From a virus (lineage: Duplodnaviria; Caudoviricetes), in IMG/VR virus record IMGVR_UViG_3300043395_002060, positions 1-61,587 of that record: a stretch of 61,587 bases of DNA. One strand, given 5' to 3'. Every line of letters begins with the position of its first letter. The stretch's first letter is position 1. A program made the translations under genes and the position numbers. This document shows, piece after piece, positions 26,642-35,621 of the stretch. The notes under the pieces are model-generated. The model did not search any database. It was not told the DNA's origin and was given only the letters and a program-made list of their open reading frames with translations.

Positions 26642-27007
26642 TTAATGAGCGGCAATTACTGAATCAATAGCCGATTTAGTGAAACCAAACGCTTCTTTCA
26701 ACTCCTTACGAAGTTTAACCTCATTCACATACTTACCAACTGAAACTGAATAGTCAGATAAAATCCTATTCAATGTAATGTTGTCCTGTTTCAACAACTT
26801 AATCAAAGAAACCGCCTCAGCGTATTGTTTCTTCGTTCTATAAGGGAACTGATAACGTTTACCAAAGATATCGGTAAAAGTGATAATCGGAGTACCCGCC
26901 TTAATAACTCTTTCCTTATTAGCCGGAACATTTTTGTACATTCCAAACTTTTCGTAATTCATTGATGTGTAACTCATAACTGATTGATTTAATTGTTCGT
27001 AACTCAT
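26642..27007 (-). CDS. hypothetical early protein
   Basis: 121-aa ORF directly under promoter 27016-27047. Confidence 0.65.
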   Translation of the reverse strand: MSYEQLNQSVMSYTSMNYEKFGMYKNVPANKERVIKAGTPIITFTDIFGKRYQFPYRTKKQYAEAVSLIKLLKQDNITLNRILSDYSVSVGKYVNEVKLRKELKEAFGFTKSAIDSVIAAH

Positions 27008-27015
27008 TTACATAG

Positions 27016-27047
27016 TAAATATAGACAATTCTGCGCACATGGCCAAA
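27016..27047 (-). promoter_or_regulatory. Bacteroidota-type promoter
   Basis: TTTGG-N19-TATATTTA. Confidence 0.7.
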
Positions 27048-27099
27048 CTTTTTATGAATTATTTTTCACTTTTTTTAAAATAATTTCTAAGCCATTCAG

Positions 27100-27149
27100 A
27101 ATCAATGAGTTACGCATTAAGAATTAAAGTAATTTATAACTCGTTGATA
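27100..27149. promoter_or_regulatory. two IHF-consensus sites
   Basis: AATCAATGAGTTA (27100-27112) and reverse TATCAACGAGTTA (27137-27149) match WATCAANNNNTTR. Confidence 0.55.
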
Positions 27150-27219
27150 ATCAATTTTACTCTCTTCCCGCCCTCACCGCCCTATAAAAATACGAAAAAA
27201 ACCTGAAAAAGTCAAGGGA

Positions 27220-27228
27220 TGTGGATAA
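27220..27228 (-). promoter_or_regulatory. DnaA box TTATCCACA
   Basis: perfect consensus match in a non-coding region 28 bp from the dif-like site. Confidence 0.4.
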
Positions 27229-27256
27229 CTTTTTATTGGATTTATATGGGAATTTT

Positions 27257-27284
27257 TTGTTATATAATTTACATTATGTTAAAT
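27257..27284 (+). other. dif-like XerC/XerD recombination site
   Basis: TTGTTATATAA-TTTACA-TTATGTTAAAT; XerD arm identical to E. coli dif, 11-6-11 geometry. Confidence 0.75.
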
Positions 27285-27640
27285 AGATTGTATTATTCCA
27301 ATACACTTTTGCTCTAATGCTTTTATCTCGCCCTGGAGCAAAGCGAACAGAACGTAGACGCCTCCACGCTTTCACAGCTATTTACATTTGTAAACGTTAG
27401 TGAATTTTTCCGATATAGCCAAATTTATTTCAGCGATAGCGTTTGTTTACATTTGTACACAGCTCTTTTGTGTTACGGATTTTAGGGCAAATGGCCAAAT
27501 ATTCCACAGAATTTTTTTTGCTCTCACGGCGTGAAAGGGTGGTGTCCATTCAAAACTTATGCCACACCCCTTATCACCCTCTTGATTGTTTGTTCTATAT
27601 TCATATATAAATATATATTATGATAGACATCGTTGGTTAT

Positions 27641-27670
27641 TACACACTTTTTACCACTTTCTCCCACTTT
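27641..27670 (+). repeat. three 10-bp-phased repeats ending CACTTT
   Basis: tacaCACTTT ttacCACTTT ctccCACTTT. Confidence 0.55.
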
Positions 27671-27731
27671 ATTCCCTCACCTCTATTTTGATATGCTTTA
27701 TGGAGCACTTTCATTTGATATATTAATTACC

Positions 27732-28073
27732 TTAAAAGTATATCTTGCGGATTGAATAGTACTTACCATCGTATAGCTCAAAAGAATTCGTCAATAGGTA
27801 CTCTTCGGCCTTTTGTAGTGTTTCGAATCGAAGGATAGAGTATGGATTCGTTTTATGATTCCTATCCACTATCGCTATATCCTTATAATCTTTTCCTCTT
27901 AAAATGATTTGTGGTTTATCGCCCATTCCATAGTTACTCACTAATATATCAGCATTCCATTTCGTTGGTAGGTTTTCAGTATAGAGTGCTTCATCCTTAC
28001 TCCACCATTGGGTATCCATTAACCATTTACCCTCACTACATTCGTATATACAATACCATCCTTTCATAGTCAT
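27732..28073 (-). CDS. hypothetical protein
   Basis: 113-aa ORF. Confidence 0.55.
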   Translation of the reverse strand: MTMKGWYCIYECSEGKWLMDTQWWSKDEALYTENLPTKWNADILVSNYGMGDKPQIILRGKDYKDIAIVDRNHKTNPYSILRFETLQKAEEYLLTNSFELYDGKYYSIRKIYF

Positions 28074-28086
28074 CTTTGATACGTTA

Positions 28087-28236
28087 CTATCCTTTGTTTA
28101 TCTTATACCTCTTATTCCTTTGTTCCTCTTCTCTTTGTATCCTTTCCTTATACTTCCTTTCTAATCTCTTTTGTATCAAAGCTAGTGTCAGTACTACTAT
28201 ACCTATTCCTATTATTGTTCCTATCTTATATAACAT
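28087..28236 (-). CDS. 49-aa single-TM protein (not in ORF track)
   Basis: MLYKIGTIIGIGIVVLTLALIQKRLERKYKER... Confidence 0.5.
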   Translation of the reverse strand: MLYKIGTIIGIGIVVLTLALIQKRLERKYKERIQREEEQRNKRYKINKG

Positions 28237-28271
28237 ATTTAGCTGAATTTATTTTATTAAGTGTGTCGAGC

Positions 28272-28595
28272 TTAATCCCTACTAAACACATCTATTAAGA
28301 ACGTTTCCAATTGGTTTTGAAATTCCTTTTTATCCTTTATCATTCCCCTCGTCAATAACCATATCTTATTGCCCGTTTTCATCTTATACATTCCATCACT
28401 TCTTTGCTCCCTTTCCAAATGAACATATGTCGACCACTTCTTTGTTTGTGGTACAAAGCTCATCGGATTGTATATTTTGATTTCCCTTTCCATTCCAATA
28501 ACGTATTCTCTTTCGGTTATATCCATATCGGTTATATACCATCCATCCGAAAACTGCGTATTGGCTAAGTTTAAAAATCCTACTATATCTAACAT
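28272..28595 (-). CDS. hypothetical protein (local paralog family)
   Basis: 107-aa ORF. Confidence 0.6.
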   Translation of the reverse strand: MLDIVGFLNLANTQFSDGWYITDMDITEREYVIGMEREIKIYNPMSFVPQTKKWSTYVHLEREQRSDGMYKMKTGNKIWLLTRGMIKDKKEFQNQLETFLIDVFSRD

Positions 28596-28618
28596 AAGTC
28601 AATTTTAATTGCGTTGTT

Positions 28619-28975
28619 TTATATTTTTATTTTATTGATTGAATTCCCTTCTCTTAATTGCTCCAATACATATCCCAACCATAAACGGCAATCTTCCATC
28701 GTTCTCAACTCATCTATATGACAATCCTTTTTAACGTATTCGCCCGATTCACTCCAACCTCCAATTGAATAGTGTTTAAAAAACTTTTCACCACTCGGCC
28801 TTCTCTTCAAATCCATATAATGAGTCGTATTCTTACATCCGTGTAGTATTTTGAATACATACATTATAGGGTGAACCTCAACCGATTCCACATAGAATCC
28901 CTTTGTATTGGGCATCCATTTTGATTCCAATGATTCACCTTCTATCTTATCTATATTCTTTATATCCAATAACAT
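28619..28975 (-). CDS. hypothetical protein (local paralog family)
   Basis: LDIKNIDKIEG N-terminus. Confidence 0.6.
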   Translation of the reverse strand: MLLDIKNIDKIEGESLESKWMPNTKGFYVESVEVHPIMYVFKILHGCKNTTHYMDLKRRPSGEKFFKHYSIGGWSESGEYVKKDCHIDELRTMEDCRLWLGYVLEQLREGNSINKIKI

Positions 28976-29100
28976 ATTACTTACTCACATTCACATTTTG
29001 CTGAAATAATTTCAACTCACTCTTTATTTCCAAAATATACCACATTTGAAATAAGATGCATAACGCCATAAATCCAAATGCTATCCAAATACTATTCCTT

Positions 29101-29391
29101 TCAAACCATTTCATTTTCTACTCTATCTTTATTCCTATCTTTACTCAAAGACGCACTATCAATAAAATTTTCCTTTAACGACTCACCCCCAACCCCCGCC
29201 CCTTCCTTCGGTTCGTTTTCTAATGGTGCGTAATATTCTTTACAATGCTCACATTGTGTTTCACATTTACCATTATCTTCTATATGACTTTGACAATATC
29301 TAAAACTCTTATCCATATTTTGAATATATGTAGTCCCATCTTCTAAAGGAAATGTTTTTTGTAAATACTCTTCCCTATTCATATTAATCAA
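29101..29391 (-). CDS. hypothetical Cys-motif protein
   Basis: YCQ..C...CEHCKEYY. Confidence 0.5.
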   Translation of the reverse strand: MINMNREEYLQKTFPLEDGTTYIQNMDKSFRYCQSHIEDNGKCETQCEHCKEYYAPLENEPKEGAGVGGESLKENFIDSASLSKDRNKDRVENEMV

Positions 29392-29638
29392 TTACCTCTT
29401 CTACATCAATCCAGCTATCGTGTCCATCTTCATCGTATGAATTTTCATCTTCATCCAATAACATATCCAACATAGGTATGCCATCTTTGTGTTCAAATTC
29501 ACCTTCTAAAATTAAATCTGAAATTTGCTCCTTTGTTAATCCTTCTAATTCGGGATAATCATTCGTGTCAATTTCAATTGCGTTTTTGTATGCCCATACT
29601 ACATACGTTTCACCATAGTTAATAAGATACTTTGCCAT
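29384..29638 (-). CDS. hypothetical acidic protein
   Basis: 84-aa ORF. Confidence 0.6.
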   Translation of the reverse strand: MAKYLINYGETYVVWAYKNAIEIDTNDYPELEGLTKEQISDLILEGEFEHKDGIPMLDMLLDEDENSYDEDGHDSWIDVEEVID

Positions 29639-29642
29639 AATT

Positions 29643-29882
29643 TTATAATGTTTTGAAATATTTACTTTTACCTTTTCTTGCTAATTGAATTTCATCGTGA
29701 AGTGTTTTACCTTCCTTTTCTAATTCCTTTTCTATCTCATTAAGTCTTTGCCACTTTCGAATTTCTCTTTGTTCTTCTTCTTTCCCACCAAAAACATAAT
29801 AATGAAGAAGTGCCCCGAATATACCCGGTGGTTCGGGTAAACAAAATCCCGCTAATATTATCAATAATACAAATGTCATCAT
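29643..29882 (-). CDS. small membrane protein
   Basis: hydrophobic N-terminus. Confidence 0.55.
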   Translation of the reverse strand: MMTFVLLIILAGFCLPEPPGIFGALLHYYVFGGKEEEQREIRKWQRLNEIEKELEKEGKTLHDEIQLARKGKSKYFKTL

Positions 29883-30151
29883 AACTTAAAATTTAAATAC
29901 CATTTACTGAATTTATATATTACCATTACTATCCCTGCTATCAGCCACATTGGCATTGTCATAAACCAAAAAGTAGACATTCCAATATAAAAATCATTAT
30001 TACTTTCCCAATCATCCGGCCATCTATCTTCGGGCTTTATTGAATCATAATCTATATCGTTTATTCTTTTACCAAAGAATTTAAAGAATGTAAGTGTCAA
30101 TAAAAATCCTATTGGATATATTATCATTAATATCATTACTGCTATACTCAT
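29879..30151 (-). CDS. two-TM membrane protein
   Basis: two hydrophobic segments. Confidence 0.6.
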   Translation of the reverse strand: MSIAVMILMIIYPIGFLLTLTFFKFFGKRINDIDYDSIKPEDRWPDDWESNNDFYIGMSTFWFMTMPMWLIAGIVMVIYKFSKWYLNFKL

Positions 30152-30152
30152 A

Positions 30153-30482
30153 CTATTTTCCTATTGTTTTTAAAAGTAATTTTGTTATTTTATTCCAACG
30201 CCATTCTCTCTTCTGCTCTTCTATTGTCATTGGCTCTTTGTCATCATCCGTATTGTTATACACATTCACACTACCATATGAAGCCCACATAGATTGTAAA
30301 TACAATTGATGTAAGTGTGGTGGAACATCTTTGAAATCACCCGTTATTTCAATTGGTAATTTTGTACCAGTCCCTACTATCGTTTGTGATGCTTTGATAG
30401 TAACTTTAGTGCTACCTTCCATCGTTAAATGTGATGAATCATTTGATATTGTTATACTCATATTTAAATTGTTTGCATACAA
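30153..30482 (-). CDS. hypothetical protein
   Basis: 109-aa ORF. Confidence 0.55.
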   Translation of the reverse strand: MYANNLNMSITISNDSSHLTMEGSTKVTIKASQTIVGTGTKLPIEITGDFKDVPPHLHQLYLQSMWASYGSVNVYNNTDDDKEPMTIEEQKREWRWNKITKLLLKTIGK

Positions 30483-30943
30483 ATTATAATCTTTTCAGGC
30501 GTATCAATTTCCTCTTTTGTTACCCAAAGCGTTTTACTATCGTACTGCATTATGTAATGCCCACTATCCGTTTGCCTTCTATGTAGTAATATAGTATAAG
30601 CTTCATTCATTCTATCATTATTCAAATGAAATTCATAATACTTGTCCTCTTCTACAACTCCGGTGATAGTTAATCTGTCATCGTACTTTTCACCTACTAT
30701 TCTATGGATGTTTTTTATTTTCAGCTTTGTTTCTTTTGCTTCGAACAAATCTTTATTCTGCTTCATCCATTCATCTATTACCATACGAGCCTGCTGCTCC
30801 GCAACATCTTTTATTTGTTGAGCAATATTTGAGTTCGGTTGTGCTATATTTACAACTCCATTCGCATTTGCTGCTATTGTACCCGTCAATTGTGTTAATC
30901 CTTTACTTTGAAATGATTTTGGCGGTATTGGTAAGTGTGCCAT
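30464..30943 (-). CDS. hypothetical protein (local paralog family)
   Basis: internal LKIKNIHRIVG...YYEFHL. Confidence 0.6.
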   Translation of the reverse strand: MAHLPIPPKSFQSKGLTQLTGTIAANANGVVNIAQPNSNIAQQIKDVAEQQARMVIDEWMKQNKDLFEAKETKLKIKNIHRIVGEKYDDRLTITGVVEEDKYYEFHLNNDRMNEAYTILLHRRQTDSGHYIMQYDSKTLWVTKEEIDTPEKIIICMQTI

Positions 30944-30946
30944 ATA

Positions 30947-31249
30947 TTAATCAATTGATATGTAACATTTAATTCCATCTTCACTTTCAAATAACCAATG
31001 TGTAAATTCATAATCACTCGCCATATATACCTCTTCTTTTATGAATCTAAATCTTCTGAATCCTCCCGTTTTTGGATTATCAATAAAGAATTGTTGCTTT
31101 TGATTTGGAAATGCTTCGGGATGAATATTACCATCCGGCATTACACATTCCAAATAAGGAGCTTCAGCAAAGAATTCATTGTTAGCTTTATCCCATCTAA
31201 ATTGGCTTATGTGATAACGATATTCCATATTAAAGTTTATTAAATACAT
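30947..31249 (-). CDS. hypothetical protein
   Basis: 100-aa ORF. Confidence 0.6.
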   Translation of the reverse strand: MYLINFNMEYRYHISQFRWDKANNEFFAEAPYLECVMPDGNIHPEAFPNQKQQFFIDNPKTGGFRRFRFIKEEVYMASDYEFTHWLFESEDGIKCYISID

Positions 31250-31457
31250 TTAAAATTGAATCAACACTTAATAATTCAGAAATTTTAACCATTATAGCGC
31301 CGGATTCAGACTCTACTACACATAAATCATCCATTGCTTTTTTATGAATCAATATTCTGTTGTTCGATTGAATGAATTCATAATAATATTCGTTATCATT
31401 TACAGATTGAATATCATTTTTACCAACGAATTCGTTCAAATTTTGAATTACTAGCAT
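31230..31457 (-). CDS. hypothetical protein (local paralog family)
   Basis: LVIQNLNEFVG...YYYEFI. Confidence 0.55.
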   Translation of the reverse strand: MLVIQNLNEFVGKNDIQSVNDNEYYYEFIQSNNRILIHKKAMDDLCVVESESGAIMVKISELLSVDSILNVFNKL

Positions 31458-31460
31458 ATA

Positions 31461-31841
31461 TTAAAGTTTATTAGTTTCTAATCGTGTTTTGTTTTCCCTT
31501 TCTAATTGGCGAGAATATCTTTCTTTCATTCCGATTATACGATGAAAATCTTTGTATGCTGCTGGATGATAATCTTTTAAATAAGATAAACCCAAATCAA
31601 ATTCACTTATAATATCTTCATATCTGCTTTCCCTACTATCAAACGCATCTTCGTTGAATTGTATTTCGGTTTGAAGAGAATCAACCACATTTTCCAAAGA
31701 ATCAACTCTCAATACCAATTCATCGTAGTGTGATTTTGTTGGTAATTTTTCAGTACCTTTATGTGATACGCCATACACTACTGCAATACCCATTATTAGT
31801 ATTGCACTCAATGCAACTTTTAATTTAAAATTTGTATCCAT
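31461..31841 (-). CDS. TM-anchored coiled-coil protein
   Basis: N-terminal TM; DSLQTE...RYE similar to 42287..42583. Confidence 0.65.
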   Translation of the reverse strand: MDTNFKLKVALSAILIMGIAVVYGVSHKGTEKLPTKSHYDELVLRVDSLENVVDSLQTEIQFNEDAFDSRESRYEDIISEFDLGLSYLKDYHPAAYKDFHRIIGMKERYSRQLERENKTRLETNKL

Positions 31842-31842
31842 T

Positions 31843-32088
31843 TTATTTGATATATGTTATTTTAACCTTATCGGGTCTTTTATCTTCTTTTATAATATTT
31901 CTAGCCCATTCTAATGTATAACTTCCATTGTAAGTTCTAACGCCTTCCCATTCGGAAACTAAAAATCGTTTCTCTGGAAAGTAATAAGTAGTCCCATTCG
32001 GATGTGATACTACTTTAATACGATACGATGTGCAACTTGCTAATGCTAACACTCCCATTAACATTAGTAATACTATTCTTTTTTTCAT
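31843..32088 (-). CDS. small lipoprotein
   Basis: MKKRIVLLMLMGVLALAS-C lipobox. Confidence 0.7.
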   Translation of the reverse strand: MKKRIVLLMLMGVLALASCTSYRIKVVSHPNGTTYYFPEKRFLVSEWEGVRTYNGSYTLEWARNIIKEDKRPDKVKITYIK

Positions 32089-32520
32089 CTATGTTATTTT
32101 CCAATTCTTTCTAAATTCATCAAACGTTGGCATATTTTGTGACCACGAATGTGTTGCTCCACTATTAGCTACTACATTTAATATTCCATTTGCTTTTGAT
32201 TCTGATTCAGTTAAATAATCTTCAATACAAAGTTCATAAATTTGTCTGAAACCACTCATACTTTGTAGCATATCGTAGTTTATCATTCGTTGAACTTTTA
32301 TTTTACTAAACTTATCTTCTAATATCAAAGCATAATATTTAATAGAACCAAAATCATTATAGGTTGAATCTAAATCTAATAACATATATAGCTTATTCTT
32401 TGTTGTCAAATCCATTACATCAGCTATGTATTGTGTATTAATAGCATTATGAATTGGATTCAATATTGAATAACCTTTATAAGTTATACCATGCAATTTT
32501 TCCCAACCGCTGATTTTCAT
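32089..32520 (-). CDS. hypothetical protein
   Basis: 143-aa ORF, MKISGWEKLHG start. Confidence 0.6.
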   Translation of the reverse strand: MKISGWEKLHGITYKGYSILNPIHNAINTQYIADVMDLTTKNKLYMLLDLDSTYNDFGSIKYYALILEDKFSKIKVQRMINYDMLQSMSGFRQIYELCIEDYLTESESKANGILNVVANSGATHSWSQNMPTFDEFRKNWKIT

Positions 32521-32676
32521 ATTAAGAGAATAGAGCTTTTAATACTGTCCAAATCATAGATACGCCAAATGCTATTATGGATAATCCAAATAGAATTCCA
32601 CCGATGAACAAAGTTCCTTCTAAAATTTCGGCTAATTTTACTTTTGTTTTTTCACTTATTTTCATATTATATAGTT

Positions 32677-33204
32677 TTAAAAAGGTAATGCTGGGTCTGC
32701 TAATTCTAATAATTTTGTTCTAATCCAAGTTGGTTGATTTAAAAATTCTCTTTTAATCGTAGCTTCCGGCTTTGTTTCAAATACGGATTTCATATGAAGT
32801 TTTATTTCACCATCTTTAGTAGGATTTTTGAATACCGTCAGTTGAGCTTCGTTTAATACATTTTTAGTAGCCCTACATACCCAACTGAAATTATCTTCAG
32901 CTAATGATAAATTTCTACCAACGTAAATGATTTCATAGGTAGCACCTTTGTGTTCAATTTTACCACTCAACTTTTCGGGGTTAGCAAAATGTATTTGTTT
33001 TCTACCATCAACTTTTAGTAATTCCTTTTCTATTTGCAATTTCAAATCGTTATTTGATTTGATTCTATCTATTTCCAACTGCAATTGTTTAGCAGCATCA
33101 ACAGCTGCTGACATTGCAACTGAAGAGCTGATATTAGAATTACTCAAATTAATACCCAACAAACGAGCAAATTCATCCAATGCTAATGAATCTTTAGTTT
33201 CCAT
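32677..33204 (-). CDS. hypothetical protein
   Basis: 175-aa ORF. Confidence 0.6.
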   Translation of the reverse strand: METKDSLALDEFARLLGINLSNSNISSSVAMSAAVDAAKQLQLEIDRIKSNNDLKLQIEKELLKVDGRKQIHFANPEKLSGKIEHKGATYEIIYVGRNLSLAEDNFSWVCRATKNVLNEAQLTVFKNPTKDGEIKLHMKSVFETKPEATIKREFLNQPTWIRTKLLELADPALPF

Positions 33205-33376
33205 CTTTACTCTTTTTTAATTCCGCAATTTTCTTTTCTACTTTTGCTATTTTATTTTTATAACTTTCAATTGCAACACTACGAGACCATTTACCCATAT
33301 TGTTTACGGGCACTTTATCTTCGTAGTATTTCAATTGTGCTTTTAGCTCTTTTAATTCTTTGAATAATGGCATCAA
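33194..33376 (-). CDS. small coiled-coil protein
   Basis: 60-aa coupled ORF. Confidence 0.55.
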   Translation of the reverse strand: MMPLFKELKELKAQLKYYEDKVPVNNMGKWSRSVAIESYKNKIAKVEKKIAELKKSKDGN

Positions 33377-33642
33377 CTTACATTTAAAATTTTTGTATAA
33401 TTAAAACTTCTCCACCCCTCTTTCTCTAAATCGTAAACTGTAATTAAATCAGTTTCAATTGGATTTCCATTCTCATCCAACTTTACAACCTTATCCGTTT
33501 TTGGCTGTTGTGCTTCGGGAATCTTACTCGTCTGCTTTGTGCATAACATTGTACGTTCCGAACCATCTGCTTTTGTAAAGGTTACACTAACCGATTCCAT
33601 TTGCAATTTCTCTAATAACTCGTCTTTTGTAATTTGTAACAT
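33373..33642 (-). CDS. WYL-like SH3 beta-barrel protein
   Basis: VTFTKADGSERTMLCT...VYDLEKEGWRSF. Confidence 0.8.
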   Translation of the reverse strand: MLQITKDELLEKLQMESVSVTFTKADGSERTMLCTKQTSKIPEAQQPKTDKVVKLDENGNPIETDLITVYDLEKEGWRSFNYTKILNVS

Positions 33643-33669
33643 ATCGTTTATTTTTGATTTATATTTAAA

Positions 33670-33701
33670 CAAATATACGAATTTTATTCCAATTTTCCAA
33701 A
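33670..33701 (-). promoter_or_regulatory. Bacteroidota-type promoter
   Basis: TTTGG-N19-TATATTTG, just downstream of a terminator at about 33703-33727. Confidence 0.8.
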
Positions 33702-33716
33702 TAAAAAAAGGGTTAT

Positions 33717-33926
33717 TTAAACCCCTTCTATTTTAGCTTCTTCTATAAGATTGACAAACAAATATTCATTGGTTTGCATACTCTTTAATATCTTTTCACA
33801 TCTATAATATTCTTTTAATATATTAGCATTATCACCGCCCAACTCTTTTGTTATTTTATGATATGGCACTCTTGCTACTATTTCATACAATTCATCACCG
33901 ACTTTTACTAAATCTAATTTTCTCAT
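33717..33926 (-). CDS. hypothetical protein
   Basis: likely start MRKLDL overlapping upstream stop. Confidence 0.55.
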   Translation of the reverse strand: MRKLDLVKVGDELYEIVARVPYHKITKELGGDNANILKEYYRCEKILKSMQTNEYLFVNLIEEAKIEGV

Positions 33927-34264
33927 TTCCAAAAAATTTGAACACTTAATATACCCATTGCTAATAATAAACAAATAAATGTTTTAGTAGTAATTGGTTC
34001 TTTAAATAAGATATAACTCATTAGAGCAAATACAATTATACCAATTGCAAATCCAATCAATCTGCTTGGCCATATTTCTCCATTGAAATGATATACGAAT
34101 GATTCTACTGATTTTATAAATAACCAGCTTATGGGTACTGCAATTCCCAACATTAGATATGGATATCTAGCGTACCAATTCCATTTAATGTTTCCCTGTA
34201 ATTGTAAAAATGTTAATACCTGGGCTATAAAGCCGTAGATAAATCCTAAAAGTAACCTATTCAT
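33923..34264 (-). CDS. four-TM DMT/EamA-like membrane protein
   Basis: four TM segments, ILFKEPIT motif. Confidence 0.65.
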   Translation of the reverse strand: MNRLLLGFIYGFIAQVLTFLQLQGNIKWNWYARYPYLMLGIAVPISWLFIKSVESFVYHFNGEIWPSRLIGFAIGIIVFALMSYILFKEPITTKTFICLLLAMGILSVQIFWK

Positions 34265-34276
34265 TTAATTTATTTT

Positions 34277-34456
34277 TTAATCCATATATTCCGAAATGTC
34301 TATACCATCGACATCTTCATCATCATATATTTCATCTTCGATTTCATACAAAGCTTCCCATATATTATCAATTAGTGGATGGTATGTTCCTTCGTTTTCA
34401 ATTTGCTTCAAGTCATCTTTGATTGAAGAAATCAATTTTAAAATTTGCTGTTTCAT
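34277..34456 (-). CDS. 59-aa acidic hypothetical protein (not in ORF track)
   Basis: MKQQILKLISSIKDDLKQIENEG... Confidence 0.5.
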   Translation of the reverse strand: MKQQILKLISSIKDDLKQIENEGTYHPLIDNIWEALYEIEDEIYDDEDVDGIDISEYMD

Positions 34457-34457
34457 A

Positions 34458-35621
34458 CTAAAATTTATTGTAAATTGTTTTTAATGTTTGTTTATAAAAA
34501 TTTTCAATAAATATAGTATTATTATTTTTTGTTTCAATATATTTGTAATATAAATCATGCAACGAATTACCACTTAATAAAGTTTCTATTCGTTTACTTA
34601 TATTATTCATTCTGATTACGTCATCTTCAATTGTATCATATTCATGCAGCCAATCATTCATTTCAAAATCAAATCCAAATTTATCTTTTAATAATTTTAA
34701 TGTATTTGGCTTTGATACCATAATAAATGGATTACCCATTCTAATTGCTTTAAACGTTTTTTCACTAATATTATTCCAATCTTTTCTATTACCATCTTTG
34801 TGATAAAATTGAGTTTCCAATATTATTTCAAAGTAAGTATTTAAATAATGAGATATGTTCACATTTGGAGAATAATTTTTTGTTTTTAGTAATTCATTGG
34901 AATCAAAATCGGGCCAATGTGGAACTCTTTCCAATATTTTGAATTTACGATATTCATCTTGCTTATCTTTAGGAACAAATATATCAAAGCAATCTGGCTC
35001 CCAATTCTCATCAGTAGAACTCCATATAAAATTATTTTCTAATAGATTTTTTTCATAAAAATAGTTTAATAGTTGTATTTTATGAAACCTAATGTGTCCT
35101 GATAAAAATAAACCTTTGAATGGTCTGATATGCCGTTTTTCCCATTTATTTATGGTATTAAAACTATTTAGTACATCATTTGATATCAAATTATGTATGG
35201 CATGCCACATATGTTGCTCGTAATATATTATATCGTTTGATACTGATATTAAATTTTTATCTAAAAAATATAATTCTCTATTACATTCTTTTCTACAAAA
35301 ATCATAAACATCGGTTGATATTTCTTGGTTATCATAAGATGATAAATCTACAAATATATTTTTACAATTTGTATCAAATACGTTCTTCAAAACTACTAAA
35401 GCTGCAGGATTTTCGTAAAAAATGTTAGTTGAAAAACTTACAATTATAGAAGTATGAATATCAGCATCAGTATATTCTACCAATTCTATTGGATAATTTT
35501 CCTGATAAAAACTCGTCAATAATTCACTGCAAATATCAAATGGTTTATTGTTTTGAATAATCCATTCGGATTTTAAATCATTAATTGTTTTAACTATACT
35601 AATAAAGCAAACTTTTTTCAT
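34458..35621 (-). CDS. GT10-like putative glycosyltransferase
   Basis: YFEIILET...ISEKTFKAIRMGNPFI. Confidence 0.6.
   Translation of the reverse strand: MKKVCFISIVKTINDLKSEWIIQNNKPFDICSELLTSFYQENYPIELVEYTDADIHTSIIVSFSTNIFYENPAALVVLKNVFDTNCKNIFVDLSSYDNQEISTDVYDFCRKECNRELYFLDKNLISVSNDIIYYEQHMWHAIHNLISNDVLNSFNTINKWEKRHIRPFKGLFLSGHIRFHKIQLLNYFYEKNLLENNFIWSSTDENWEPDCFDIFVPKDKQDEYRKFKILERVPHWPDFDSNELLKTKNYSPNVNISHYLNTYFEIILETQFYHKDGNRKDWNNISEKTFKAIRMGNPFIMVSKPNTLKLLKDKFGFDFEMNDWLHEYDTIEDDVIRMNNISKRIETLLSGNSLHDLYYKYIETKNNNTIFIENFYKQTLKTIYNKF

Noticed and set aside
28087-28236. Pyrimidine-rich tract as a structural DNA element
   Set aside because: Explained by a Lys/Arg/Glu-rich small ORF on the minus strand
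28396-28602. Alternative-frame minus ORFs (also 20670..20864, 45757..46050, 57316..57501)
   Set aside because: Nested within longer, better-supported genes
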